Assembly: GCA_946965045.2 (NCBI GenBank)
Contig: OX337237.1
Coordinates: 992,001-1,056,000 of the forward strand
Direction: 5' to 3'
Length of the DNA stretch: 64,000 nt
Source: Epithemia pelagica
Lineage: Eukaryota > Protista > Bacillariophyta
The position numbers were made by a program, and so were the translations under genes. The notes beneath the pieces were generated by a model. It made no database searches, was not told where the DNA came from, and worked only from the letters and a program-made list of their open reading frames with translations. Shown one piece after another: positions 51,975 through 63,243 of the stretch (the first letter of the stretch is position 1; every line of letters begins with the position of its first letter).

Positions 51975-53801
51975 TTACCAAGTCTTCAATGAGGATGTGT
52001 TGGGATAAAGAAAAAAGTCACCAAACCAATCGAAACGGGCCTTGAAGTACGATTTGATTCCCTTGGTAACTTTCTCCGCCCTGACAATGGATGCAATTTC
52101 ATCAAAGCCAGGGGATCCGGAGAAAATGGAGAAAGTGCAACGACGGGTCTTGTCGTACACCATCATTTCGTTCCGGTCGTCAAAGAGTTGCACTTTGACC
52201 CAGAACCGTTCACCCACTGCAGTCCCCTTGGGCAAATGAAGCCAAGTGAAATTCATTGGGACGACGTTGCCCGACCTGTCTGTGAAAGAAGGAAGGTCCT
52301 TTTCTGCTTCGTCGATAGGGCGTTCCAACTTGATTGCTACTGAATATTCCTTGCACATTGGTTTGTGCGATTTCCAATCCTTTCGCTGACACTCTTCGGA
52401 GCAGTACACTACCATTGTACATCGGGAGCAGTGGGAAAACCTGAGTTTGCTGTTGGAATCATCCTTTTGTCGTTTCTGACAGAAGGCGCACCTGTTGAGC
52501 TGGGCCTTTTGTCGACATTTTTCAATCTTGAGGAGGATAAATTCCTCCAGAAACGGGCTTCTAGGAAGGTCGGGGATTGAATGAAAGAGCATGTCACGTG
52601 CACAAAAGCCATTGGCATCTTTCAGGTCGATGGAGCAACCCTGTTCCTCGACCAAGAATTTGAAAACATCATGACGACGACTGGACAAAAGTATGTGATG
52701 CAAGGCAGTCATACCGTTGCGATCTTGCTCGTCCACCAACTTTCTGTTCCTATCCTCAATGCAAGGTCCTCCCAGCGACTGGAACAAGTTGCATGGGTCG
52801 ATCAAAAGCGTTTGACGAGATCCGTCCTTTGTCTCGTTTGTTTGTACCATGCAACATCCGGTCCCTATATCATACCCCTGTACTATCGCAAACGTTTGGT
52901 TCAAGTTATCTTCTTCGTCCATGCCGTCCACTACCACCCGTTTGCCAAAATAGGCGGAAACGCGAGATGCGGCAATACAATAACTGGCAATGCACAAGGT
53001 TGCCGGTGTTGCCATGGGACCGGCTGCATAATGGATAATGGTTTTTCCTGTAAGATCCTTGGCATCAGGTCGAGCACCGAACCGCAAAAGTATGGTGGCA
53101 ACAATCATGTGATTCATGCTTTGAGACATGGGATCGAGGAACATTTGACTTGCCATATGCAGCATCAGGAGAGATAAGCGTAAATGGGAATAGCGTGTTT
53201 CCAGCAACGCTGGTAGCGTGAGTGGTGGAGATCCCTGCAACTCGTTTCCTGTGGAGGCATGATATGCCACTTCCCGTAGTTTGTTGAAAACATCTTCGGG
53301 ATGCCCTCGAAGGACCAGCTGCACGAGTGGTGGAAGCAAGTCCCAGATCATGGATCGTACCTGGGTTGGACGTTTTGCCTTGTAGCTTTGAATCATTCGT
53401 TGGGATTCTGGAAGAAGGTTGGTCCACATCATCCAACAATCAAACCCCTGAGACGCGAGAGTGCGCAAGATTTGACGCTGACCTATCGTCGAGGGAATGG
53501 ATTGGTCCCCATCGTCCATGCAGTGTTGGTCATTGCGCTCCACTTGAGTTCCGGATCGGACCAAGAGTTCTCGAACAATGGATGTTTTTCGTTCGAGTGA
53601 GGTTTCCGTATTCAGTTCTCGAAACAATGCTTGACTGGTTTCGTCCAGTCCTTCACCGTTCATGAAATGAACAAAGCGGCGAAGCTTGTGATGTGCTTCA
53701 ATATTATTGGATGATTGACTTTGGCTGGCATTGGGATTGGTGCAGGAGCTGTCTTGGTGCTGCGCTTGGTCCTTCTTCTTTTGTCGTTGCTTGCGCCCCA
53801 T
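51975..53801 (-). CDS. Ankyrin + SH3-like + MYND zinc finger protein, paralog 3 (intact, ~608 aa)
   Basis: ATG MGRKQRQ at 53801; LLRFGARPDAKD, DRNGMTALHH, CAFC...CSRC...YCSEECQRKDWKSHKPMC, FWVKVQ...YDKTR...KSYFKARFD, ends SLKTW. Confidence 0.85.
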   Translation of the reverse strand: MGRKQRQKKKDQAQHQDSSCTNPNASQSQSSNNIEAHHKLRRFVHFMNGEGLDETSQALFRELNTETSLERKTSIVRELLVRSGTQVERNDQHCMDDGDQSIPSTIGQRQILRTLASQGFDCWMMWTNLLPESQRMIQSYKAKRPTQVRSMIWDLLPPLVQLVLRGHPEDVFNKLREVAYHASTGNELQGSPPLTLPALLETRYSHLRLSLLMLHMASQMFLDPMSQSMNHMIVATILLRFGARPDAKDLTGKTIIHYAAGPMATPATLCIASYCIAASRVSAYFGKRVVVDGMDEEDNLNQTFAIVQGYDIGTGCCMVQTNETKDGSRQTLLIDPCNLFQSLGGPCIEDRNRKLVDEQDRNGMTALHHILLSSRRHDVFKFLVEEQGCSIDLKDANGFCARDMLFHSIPDLPRSPFLEEFILLKIEKCRQKAQLNRCAFCQKRQKDDSNSKLRFSHCSRCTMVVYCSEECQRKDWKSHKPMCKEYSVAIKLERPIDEAEKDLPSFTDRSGNVVPMNFTWLHLPKGTAVGERFWVKVQLFDDRNEMMVYDKTRRCTFSIFSGSPGFDEIASIVRAEKVTKGIKSYFKARFDWFGDFFLYPNTSSLKTW

Positions 53802-54422
53802 TTTGGCTGTGTGGTATCTACTTCCTCGCAACTTTCCAACAAAGACTTGTGTTCTAGTCTCTCGCAATATATCTCTACTGGATGATGTTTTCCCGTTCTC
53901 TACTCGTGATCAGGGAAGTATGATCTGTCACTCGTGTGAAAGAGTGGTTTATGAGGAGACTTTGGGGTTGGCGGGCTCGTGACTAGGTCAAGCGAGCCAT
54001 CATCCTGGCGGCGGGACACCTTGTCACGCAAATAGAAAAAGTCTTCCTTCTCCTAGTTGTGACATCCAAATCTGAGGAACAACATGGTTGGTTACGGATC
54101 CAGGAGAGAGAGAAAAAACAAAAGATACCAGCTGCTTTTTAGTCGAGAGTTAATTTTGGATGCGCCATTTCAATAACAAGTTCTTGTGTGTGTTGCTAAC
54201 ATGTGCTCCCGGCGTCTCTCCTATTACCAAGACTTTTGCGTTGTTGCTTTGACCGAATAGGAATAGAGCTAATCCTTAACTCTTGCACCGTATCGTACGA
54301 GTAAGGAGGTACTCAAAACGACGATTCAGTCTTGCCTCGTCAGTAGAATACGATAGGCTCTTGATTTGGCCCGTTTGTTCTGCTATATAGTGTTGAATTG
54401 GGTTCCACGTTTCCGTTTTGGC

Positions 54423-55694
54423 TTACGTCGTCAAGCTTAGGACGGGTGGTTGTTGATCTTCATGGAACCATCCACTCGTGGCCCATCGATCTCGATCTTT
54501 GGTGGCCAATACTTCGTGAGGTAAGGTGACGGAATCAAACAAGACCAAGGTGCCTCCTCGAGGATCGACATCGTTCAGGATTTCCCCCACTTGAGGCGGT
54601 CGGCCCTGACCTTCTACGACTTGTTGTTGTTGTTGTTGTCGTCCGGCCAAGTATTCGGAAAACATGGATTTGGGCAATTCAATATATTGAAACCGATTGG
54701 CATAGCGGGGTGCCAAGAGGTAGCGTTTCGTCAAGCTTTCTCCTCCCGCCATGTACAAGAGAGGTTGCGCCGAAAATTCCTCGGTAATATATTCCACTTG
54801 GACGGAATTATTGTCTTTGAGAGTGTACAGTGCACATTGTCCATTGTGTCGACGAGCATCCATAAAGACGGGTCGTTCCACGGGATCCTCCACACTGGCT
54901 CGCAGCCATCCAATTTGCAAATCTCCATTGGGTCGTGCTCCAATCCTTGTCGAACTCCTGGCATCTCCGTGCGGATCGCTTCGTTCAAAGCATCGCAATT
55001 GTCCTCCATAGCGAGATCCCTTCCAATCTCGGTCATTGAGGTAAATGAGCCAACTGATACTCCGTCGGGTCGGATGCATCCATCCATCTCGACCCTTTAA
55101 TTCTTCATGATGTTCATCCACATGTCGCTTCAAAAAGGCACCGGGTCCAAATCGGGTATAGGATATTTCGGTACTGCCCCAGCCATACCGAGACGATTCC
55201 GTCGCCAATCCTTGCGCCAATTGGGGACGATTTAGAGTGCGCGATAAATCACTTCGGACCGTTTGCAGGACATTGCCCAAGCCTTGTCGAGTCGACCAGC
55301 TTCCTTGACGTGGATCTTTCCATTGCGGTAATTTCACTACGGCTCGGTTTTTGGTGGGATCAAATTTCCCAGTACTCCCATAGCCCGCCAAGGCATCGGT
55401 GGAGAATTGATGGGCTTCCCACAAGGTTTGGGCGTCCGATCGCAACTCGGAGACTTGTTGGGCATTCAAGAAATCGGGCACGACGGCAATCTTGCAATCG
55501 TCAATGAGTTCATAGACCGATTCAGAAAATAATTTGGAGGTAGACGAGGTAGCTTCGAGGAGTAATGGGTGGCGAGTTCGAAAACCTTGGCAGTGAGTAT
55601 GTTGTGGTTGTTGTGGTATGGCAAAGAACGCTGTGGTAACCTCCATCCACAACAAGAAAAGGGTCGGAGCGCAAAGTCGGCTTCCACGGCTCAT
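54423..55694 (-). CDS. 2OG-Fe(II) oxygenase (EGLN/P4H-like, 2OG-FeII_Oxy_3), predicted plastid-targeted
   Basis: ATG 55694; signal peptide ...EVTTA|FFAIP; KRHVDE, ISWLIYLN, YGGQLR, GTLVLFDS..LPHEV, RWATSGW. Confidence 0.85.
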   Translation of the reverse strand: MSRGSRLCAPTLFLLWMEVTTAFFAIPQQPQHTHCQGFRTRHPLLLEATSSTSKLFSESVYELIDDCKIAVVPDFLNAQQVSELRSDAQTLWEAHQFSTDALAGYGSTGKFDPTKNRAVVKLPQWKDPRQGSWSTRQGLGNVLQTVRSDLSRTLNRPQLAQGLATESSRYGWGSTEISYTRFGPGAFLKRHVDEHHEELKGRDGWMHPTRRSISWLIYLNDRDWKGSRYGGQLRCFERSDPHGDARSSTRIGARPNGDLQIGWLRASVEDPVERPVFMDARRHNGQCALYTLKDNNSVQVEYITEEFSAQPLLYMAGGESLTKRYLLAPRYANRFQYIELPKSMFSEYLAGRQQQQQQVVEGQGRPPQVGEILNDVDPRGGTLVLFDSVTLPHEVLATKDRDRWATSGWFHEDQQPPVLSLTT

Positions 55695-56301
55695 ACTTGC
55701 GCGTGAGGGACTGGTCTCTTTCGTTGAAAACAATACGAGGCTACAATGAGAAAAAGAGACGACAGATCCCAAACGATCAAACCATCATCATGGTCGTCCA
55801 TAATGCAGTATCTATGTGAGTCGTCGCTGGGTCGCTTCTAACTGTTCTTCAAGTTATGGATCGGACGGAGGACGGACTGACCGCAAAAAAGGTCGTGGTC
55901 CCGTTGAAAAAGAATCTTTTGATCTTGGTTCGAAACAATGTCGCAGATTTTAGTACTTCTTAGCGACAGTTTTAAAGTCGCATTTAAAGAGATGAATTCA
56001 ACCCCATAGACAGGGACTTAACAGCGATTGTTTGTATCTGGGAAGTAATTATTCAGCATCGTACGTTGTACAAAACACGTCAGCCATCCTTGCACATCGA
56101 TCAAGAGCAAGAGGTGAAGAGGTGGTGTCTTCCGAATGGGGACACGCATTCTCTCACATCCACGAGATTCTTTGGGACAGAACAGCCCTATTGATATTGA
56201 GCCCAAAAAGACCACAACGAATCGAACGCTGACAGCAAAGAAGCAGCAACTCAAGGTGTTTGCCTCCAAGAACCATTATATTCTGTCGAGTTGTACCCAC
56301 C

Positions 56302-59300
56302 ATGATGCGCTCACTCAAACGGTTTCTGCCACTCTTGGCGGTGATTGGATGCTTGTCTCTTGGTGGTTGGATGGACCCTCACTGGGTCGTCGTTGTTTCT
56401 GCCTTTCAACCACAACCACCACGAGGAGCAAAACGAAATCACCAATGGCCATCCATCCAATGGAACCGTGAGTCCTATGTTCCGGTTGGCATGACGGCCG
56501 AGGACGAGAATCGAATCGATGACAGCAACGACAACAACAAGAACGACCCACTGGAACGCACGAATGAAAACAACAACAGCAACGAGGAGAGGCAGCAGGA
56601 AGAATCGTTGGCTACAACGGTCGTTGGAACCAAAATGGAATGGAATGGTTATGCGGCACGACAAACCCGGTATAGTACCATGCTGGATGAACCTCCCCTC
56701 AGTCGCTTGTTGACGCGACGTCCTCCTCCCATTCAAGTGTCCAATAACAACAACAATAATAATAATAATGGCCTTGCTTCGGCTGCCTCCAATCCAATGC
56801 CCAATGGCGGAGGAAGTGTTGCGACCGCCCCGGCTGCAACAACTGCCTCCATGAGTTCTTCCACCCAAACCTCTACTTCTGCATCAGTGTCATCTTCCAC
56901 TTCTGGAACACTGTCTTCCCGATCCGCAGCATCATCCTCATCATCCCCCACAACGCCGTCTGTGGCCGATGCATCGTCGTCCTTGTTGGATCAAGACGAT
57001 GAAAATGAAGATGGTTGGAAAGAATTGCGGAAACGACCCTTTCATCAACAATGGTGGACGTCTGTGACCAAACAATGGTCCGCTGTCATTTCTTCCAGTC
57101 GCAACAACCTCTCCGCCAATGGCAATCGTCGTCAAGAACCGGGCACCTTAATTTTGGTACGACACGGTGAATCGACCTGGAATGCCAACAAGACGTTTAC
57201 GGGATGGTCCGACTATGCCGACTTGTCGGATTGGGGAACACGAGAAGTGGAACATGCTGCTCGGTTGCTTTTGGAGGGTGGCTATGATATTGATGTCGTC
57301 TTTACCAGTCGACTGCAACGGGCCATTCGATCCGTTTGGATTATTTTGCAAGAATTAAATCAAGTCTATTTGCCCGTTTTTAAAAGTTGGCGGTTGAATG
57401 AACGCATGTATGGCAAATTGCAAGGTCTGTCCAAATCCGATACCGCCGAACAACTGGGACACGACGTTGTCCAAAATTGGAGAGGATCGCTGTATGCGTA
57501 AGTGCATGCTGTCTGCTTTGATATATTTGGTACAGTGATGAATGTCGATGGGCTTAGCCAAAGGTGCTGCTCTTTCGTGCGGGCAACCGCAACTCGATTG
57601 TGATTGTTCACATGCACTCACGAGTTTTTTTCTTGCTGTGCCAATGACGACAAACTTGTTACTATCATCTTAAACAGGAGACCTCCCGCATTGGCCATGT
57701 CAGATGAATATTGGCCTGGTCGAGAACGAAAATATGCTGACTTGCATCCAGAACAAATCCCCGTTACCGAGTCATTGTCGGATTGCATGAAACGTACGAT
57801 TCCAATTTGGGAAACCAAAATATTATATGAACTGCGCAATGGTCGCAACGTCATGGTCGTAGCGCATGCCAATACACTTCGCGGTTTGGTCAAAACCATT
57901 GACAATATCAGCGATCAAGATATTCGCAACGTTGCCATTCCCACTGGAATTCCCATTATTTACAAATTTGATCACAATTTGCAGTCCTTGCCCCCTCCCG
58001 GTGATCTTCAAACGGCATGTCAAAAGCACATGAATGGTATGTTTTTGGAAGAACCAGGACTATTGAAACAGGCCTTGGCTCGTGAAGAAGAGTGGTCGAG
58101 GGCGGTTCCGGGGTACAATCCCACAATGAAACGCAGCAAAACACCCATGAGTTCCTTGGAACGAAGTTTGTGTAAGTCCTTGAAGAATTCGAAACACGTC
58201 GTGAGTGAAACAGTATTTCTTACTTTCGGTGAAACACCGCTGTTCTGTTGTCTACGCAGACAAATTGCAAGCAGAGCGAGAGCTCAAGAGTTGGGCCGAA
58301 CAGTTTATTGATCCCAATGCGGAAGCTGAAGATGACGGTACCGACGGAAACAATGGAATGCCCATCCGACTTAATGGAGGTTGGAGAGATGATTTGACAA
58401 TGAACGGTGGTAATGGTTTGGATCTCGATCAGGAACCTGCGGTAGTAGCCAACTTGGTGACTCAACGTTGTGCCCCGCAAGGCCCGGAAACGTCCTTGAA
58501 AACAACGACCGGCGCCCTCCCCCCTGCACCAATCCGAAAGGATGCTGTCATTGTCATTATTCGACATGGCAAGACGGAACACAACAAATTGGGGCTGTTT
58601 ACTGGATGGGAGGATGCTCCCTTGGCTCGAGATGGCGTATTAGAAGCGCAAGAAGCAGGACGTCTACTAAAGGCACATGGCTTTGAATTTGATGTCGTCT
58701 ACACAAGTTGGCTGTCGCGTGCCATTGAGACGGCATGGGAAGTGTTGGATCAAATGGATTGTTTGTGGCTGCCAATCATCAAAACCTGGCGCCTGAATGA
58801 ACGCATGTATGGGAAACTAACGGGTTTGTCGAAGCACATGGTCAAGCAACGACATGGAGAGAAACAGTTCAAGGCATGGAGACGGGGATACAACACACCG
58901 CCACCCAAAGTATCGAGTTTCTCTCAGCATTATCCAGGAAACGACCTCCGCTATCAAAAATACATTAGTGATGTTCGATATTCTCTTCGCGAATCTGTCA
59001 TTCGCTCCATTGAAAGTGGTCGACCGACCTTGTCGAGGAAATTGCCAAAAGCGGAGTCACTCAAAGATTGCATGGATCGAACTGTTCCCTTTTTTACAGA
59101 AAAGATTGTTCCCGAAGCGATTGAACAGGGCAAGCGGGTGTTGATATCCAGCAGTGAAAATGCCATTAGGGGACTACTTATGCATTTGTGCGAGATTCCA
59201 GCAGATAAGATTACTGGATTGGAAATCCCCAATGGCTTGCCACTCATTTTTGATCCACGATCAAAATGCGTTAAATTGTTGGATGATGGATCAGGCCGAG

Positions 59301-59479
59301 ATCCATTGGAAGTTTACAACTTTGGTTCCGCGGCGAAGTACTTGTTTCGACCTTGTCAAAATGAAGACGACGACGAGGAATGTGACATTTACATGACAGG
59401 CTTTCAACCGCCATCCTTGTCGTCGGAAGAGAAGGCAGCCATAGAAGCCATCAAAAGCGGAAAAGCAACATTTGAGTAA
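56302..59479 (+). CDS. gpmA: Tandem two-domain cofactor-dependent phosphoglycerate mutase, predicted plastid-targeted; 3 exons (56302-57497, 57678-58171, 58260-59479), ~969 aa
   Basis: LVRHGESTWN...FTGW and IIRHGKTEHN...FTGW, WRLNERMYG twice, VAHANTLRG. GTAAGT...CAG introns restore YARPP and SLYKLQ. Signal peptide ...VVSA|FQP. Confidence 0.88.
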
Positions 59480-60123
59480 TCGAGGGAGAACCGATAAACG
59501 CATGACTTTTGTCGCTAGTCTCTCCTGCTCGAGTGTCCCAGTTGGATCACAAATTGAAAGATCTCTGATCAACCAGATAATGGAACAACACATAGATATT
59601 CCGAAGGACAGGCGATAGCTATGTGTGGCAAGACACGGGCAGTAGAAGGGCACATTGATCATATCATGATAATTATGGATTGTATGGGTGAATCTTAACT
59701 CTTGTATTTTATCCTTATATTCTACGTTGATACCAATGCGTGAAGTATTTCTTATGATTATTAACGCGGCGTTCCGTCCCCGGCATAGTAACATGTCACG
59801 CCTTCAGCTCCTTCCCACTCTGCGTGATAGTCTCCAGATCTTTCAGACATGCCCAGGAACACAGAGTGATTCCTTTCAAACAATCTGGTTAAAGCTATCT
59901 GCATCAATGTCTCCGTCAGCTGAATGTTCCGAAACGATCATGAGCTGCGAAAGAGTTTGTACGGACTTCGAAACTCGAAAGGTGGCAGAGTATTTCCACT
60001 TCGTAGCTTGGCATATTTGCATTGTCTATCCCCCATTGCCTACCAATGCAAGGACCTCAACCTGAGACGCTTTCTCATTGTACACTTCCGTTCACTCACA
60101 CATGTCGACTTGTGTCGGTCTCA

Positions 60124-63100
60124 TCAGACTTGAATATGTTGCCGTTGAAAGTTTTCAGTGGCACTTGTTACTCCACTCTCAAGATGTTTCGGAGGCGATG
60201 ACGTAACGGTTGTTGCCGTTGCTATACTAACAGTCGGTATCACTTTTGTTTGTTGAGCACTGGAGGAGTTCCCCCCGTCCTGCTGGATGCCAGGGATTGA
60301 CGACAACGTCATGTTACCACCCCAGGGGGAAGAAGGAGATGACACGGCGTCCATGTGTCCGTCTGCACTTGGCATTTGAGCAGGACTGGCAGTAAGGGCT
60401 GTGGCTGATGCATCATTGCTGTTGTTGTTCTTGACTACTGATCGCTTCTTTTTGCTGGTTGCTTTCCGTTTGGATTGCTGTTGCTCAATTTGATTGGTCA
60501 AATCATGGATTTTCTTCTGGGCACGGCGCAATTCCGTTTCAAACTGTCGAGCCTGCTGTTCGGCCTGATCGCGTTGCAACAGTACCTTGACAAAGGCCGC
60601 TTGACGAGGTCCTTCGGGAGACACAGGAGTTGCAGCCGGCTTTTTGCCTGGTAAAAGAGGCGGTGGATTCCGCTTGTTCGTGTGACTGCCATTTCGAGCT
60701 CCAGTTTTGGTCTTGGTTTTGTTATTATTGTTGTCCCGGTTGGGCGAAAAAGGCAACCTCACCGGTAGTTCCGTCGCTGTTTCTGGTTGCAATGTGTCTG
60801 GCCGGTTTGGATCTTCAACAGGCGACGAGCCAGCGAAGAGTGGAGAGACACTATTTACGATAGTTTCGTGTGTATCCAGATTTGATTCGGAAACAATGTC
60901 TTCCCTTTCGCTGTGAAATGGTTCCTTCGGCATTGCTGTGTTCATTGGTCCGTCTTCTGAGGACGGTTGTCCCGAAGCGTCAGGAGAGATTAGGACCGCC
61001 GGAGTGGATTTGGAGGTCGATCCATCGTCGTTCAGAATGCTGCTTGCTGTTAACGTCAGCGGTGGAGGTGGTACTTGCGAGGGTTGCTGTTGTTGTTGAC
61101 TTGGTCGTTCCTGTTCGTCTTCGTGGTCACTTCCATGCCCCGATTCTTCGGCATCCGTCAACTCATCGTCCGTCACCATGGATTCTTGGTTGTCATTAAT
61201 TTTGACAATCATTCGATTGACTTGTTCAGGACTGTCAATGCTGTCATCGTCGCCATCGTCTGTGTCGTCGTATCCGTCCATGTCATCATCGCTTTCCATG
61301 GACCCGTTCTGGACCAGCGACGACAGTCCAGTATATTCATGTTGTTGCTCCGAGGATAATGATTCTTCACTCATTTCGCAACTTTCATCTTGTTGTACCG
61401 ATTCCAACAAGGAACCTGCGGACCGATGATTGTCGAGGTTCGAAACAGCGTTGCTGTTGTTGTTGCTATTATGGTTGTGGAGAGGGTGATTATTCCCTGA
61501 GTCATCGACGTTACTGGAATTGCCAAGAGAATTCTCGTTTTCATCCTCTTCTCGATCGTCGTCATTGTCGTCATCATCATCGTCGTCTCCTTCATCATCG
61601 CCATCGTTTTCGTCACCGCTAAAAACCCCATCAATTTCTAACAAGGCACACGATGCCGAAATTCTTGACGCCTCGGCCGCAAGGGCATCGACTTGTTCTT
61701 TCTGTTCTTGTCGTGGTTGTTGTTGTGCGTCGGCTGGCCTCGCTTCTTGTGAAAGTGTTTGTTGTTGTGGTGGTTGCTCTTGCGGTGTTGATGTGGCTGT
61801 CTGCCATGCACTATTCGTTTCGTGCAACGCAGTTCCTTCTTCTCCTCCCATAATAGGGTCCGATGGATACAGGGGTCCATCGTCGGCTTCAAAGACATCG
61901 TGTTCAAAGGTCGATGGTACATACCGCGGAGATGCTACCGACCTGGTTCGGTCGTTCTCCTCCTCCTCTTTTCCGTTGTTGTTGGCGGACGAATCCTTCA
62001 AGTCACCCTTCCATGCCACAGGAGACTCTCCTGCTGGTTGTGAGGATGACGTATCCGACAGGAATGGTGCTGTCGCAAGGGGTGCTACGGCTGTGACTGT
62101 GTTTTTGGTTGTGGGTGGCGATCGAGACCAGGTGGTGGTTACCGGCCCCGAGTAGTTGCCGGGTGCTTGTTCCGTTGGTGGTGGTGGAGGTGGATCGTTG
62201 GGTGGTGGTGGTGGGATACGTGGATTTCCGGGGGTACGCATCGCTGTCGATTTTGTTTTGGCGGTTGCCGTCAAGCTGCCAGCCTTGGTCTTTTTCTTTT
62301 TGGTTCCACTCGTCTTTTTGATAGATGTGTTGGTAGTGTTGCGCAATTGTTTCGTTCCAGAACCAGTAGTCGTCGTTGTGGAGGTGGCGTTTGTCGAAGT
62401 GGCACCTGCCTTGTCCTTTTTCTTCTTTTTGCGTGTTTTCTTGTTAGAAGTATTGCTCGCCGTGCTACTATTGCTACCAACGGACGAATCATCGTTGGAG
62501 GCTTGTGATTTTTTGGAGCCAGCTTTCTTGCTCTTTGTTGTTGGTATCGCAGAAGCTTGTTGTTGTTGTCTTTGCTGTTGCTGTTCTTCCTTTTCTTGTT
62601 GGAATTGAGCGGCCGTTTCTGCCGCATAGTATTCGACAAAGGAAATGGCTTGCAATTGAAATTCCAATCGTTCCACCTGTCGATCACGATCTTCTTCGGT
62701 CTCGCGCAATCGTTCACTCAAATGAGCAATGGTAGTTCGCAAAGTTTGAATGGTCATGTGATTGTTTTCCAATTCCAGTTGCAATTCTCGAATGGCTTGT
62801 AACAATACGCTCGGAGGTGTCGAGGGACGCAAAATGCCACCGGCCGCCATGCGTTTGACACCACTCGTGGTGGTTGTGGTGGCAGCTGGTGGTGGAGGAG
62901 GGCGTGGTGCTGGAGAAGGCCGCAGTGATTGTGAGGGGGGTTGCCGAACCGTAAAGTCCGATGTAGAACTCGTAAGCGAAACGGGTGCCGATGGTTCCGT
63001 CCGTGCATTTGATGGTGTCGAAGAAGATGAAGAGACAAAGGAGTTGTACAACAACCTTCGTGGAGCCGTGGTTTTTGTAGATGTTTCTGATGACATTGAA

Positions 63101-63243
63101 GAGGACAGAAGCGATCGACCAAATCTTGTCGAATTCGAGTTGTTGTTGTTGTTTCCTCGTGATAGGAACGGTCTGGAAGAAAACAAGGGCTCACGATTCG
63201 ACGAGAAATTGTTGCGTTCCGCTTCATGTGAAGAGGTATTCAT
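60124..63243 (-). CDS. Hypothetical low-complexity protein with two coiled-coil segments
   Basis: Long ORF (first ATG 63243); IRELQLELENNHMTIQTLRTTIAHLSERLRETEE and RDQAEQQARQFETELRRAQKKIHDLTNQIEQQQ; acidic, Pro- and Lys-rich tracts. Confidence 0.65.
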   Translation of the reverse strand: MNTSSHEAERNNFSSNREPLFSSRPFLSRGNNNNNSNSTRFGRSLLSSSMSSETSTKTTAPRRLLYNSFVSSSSSTPSNARTEPSAPVSLTSSTSDFTVRQPPSQSLRPSPAPRPPPPPAATTTTTSGVKRMAAGGILRPSTPPSVLLQAIRELQLELENNHMTIQTLRTTIAHLSERLRETEEDRDRQVERLEFQLQAISFVEYYAAETAAQFQQEKEEQQQQRQQQQASAIPTTKSKKAGSKKSQASNDDSSVGSNSSTASNTSNKKTRKKKKKDKAGATSTNATSTTTTTGSGTKQLRNTTNTSIKKTSGTKKKKTKAGSLTATAKTKSTAMRTPGNPRIPPPPPNDPPPPPPTEQAPGNYSGPVTTTWSRSPPTTKNTVTAVAPLATAPFLSDTSSSQPAGESPVAWKGDLKDSSANNNGKEEEENDRTRSVASPRYVPSTFEHDVFEADDGPLYPSDPIMGGEEGTALHETNSAWQTATSTPQEQPPQQQTLSQEARPADAQQQPRQEQKEQVDALAAEASRISASCALLEIDGVFSGDENDGDDEGDDDDDDDNDDDREEDENENSLGNSSNVDDSGNNHPLHNHNSNNNSNAVSNLDNHRSAGSLLESVQQDESCEMSEESLSSEQQHEYTGLSSLVQNGSMESDDDMDGYDDTDDGDDDSIDSPEQVNRMIVKINDNQESMVTDDELTDAEESGHGSDHEDEQERPSQQQQQPSQVPPPPLTLTASSILNDDGSTSKSTPAVLISPDASGQPSSEDGPMNTAMPKEPFHSEREDIVSESNLDTHETIVNSVSPLFAGSSPVEDPNRPDTLQPETATELPVRLPFSPNRDNNNNKTKTKTGARNGSHTNKRNPPPLLPGKKPAATPVSPEGPRQAAFVKVLLQRDQAEQQARQFETELRRAQKKIHDLTNQIEQQQSKRKATSKKKRSVVKNNNSNDASATALTASPAQMPSADGHMDAVSSPSSPWGGNMTLSSIPGIQQDGGNSSSAQQTKVIPTVSIATATTVTSSPPKHLESGVTSATENFQRQHIQV

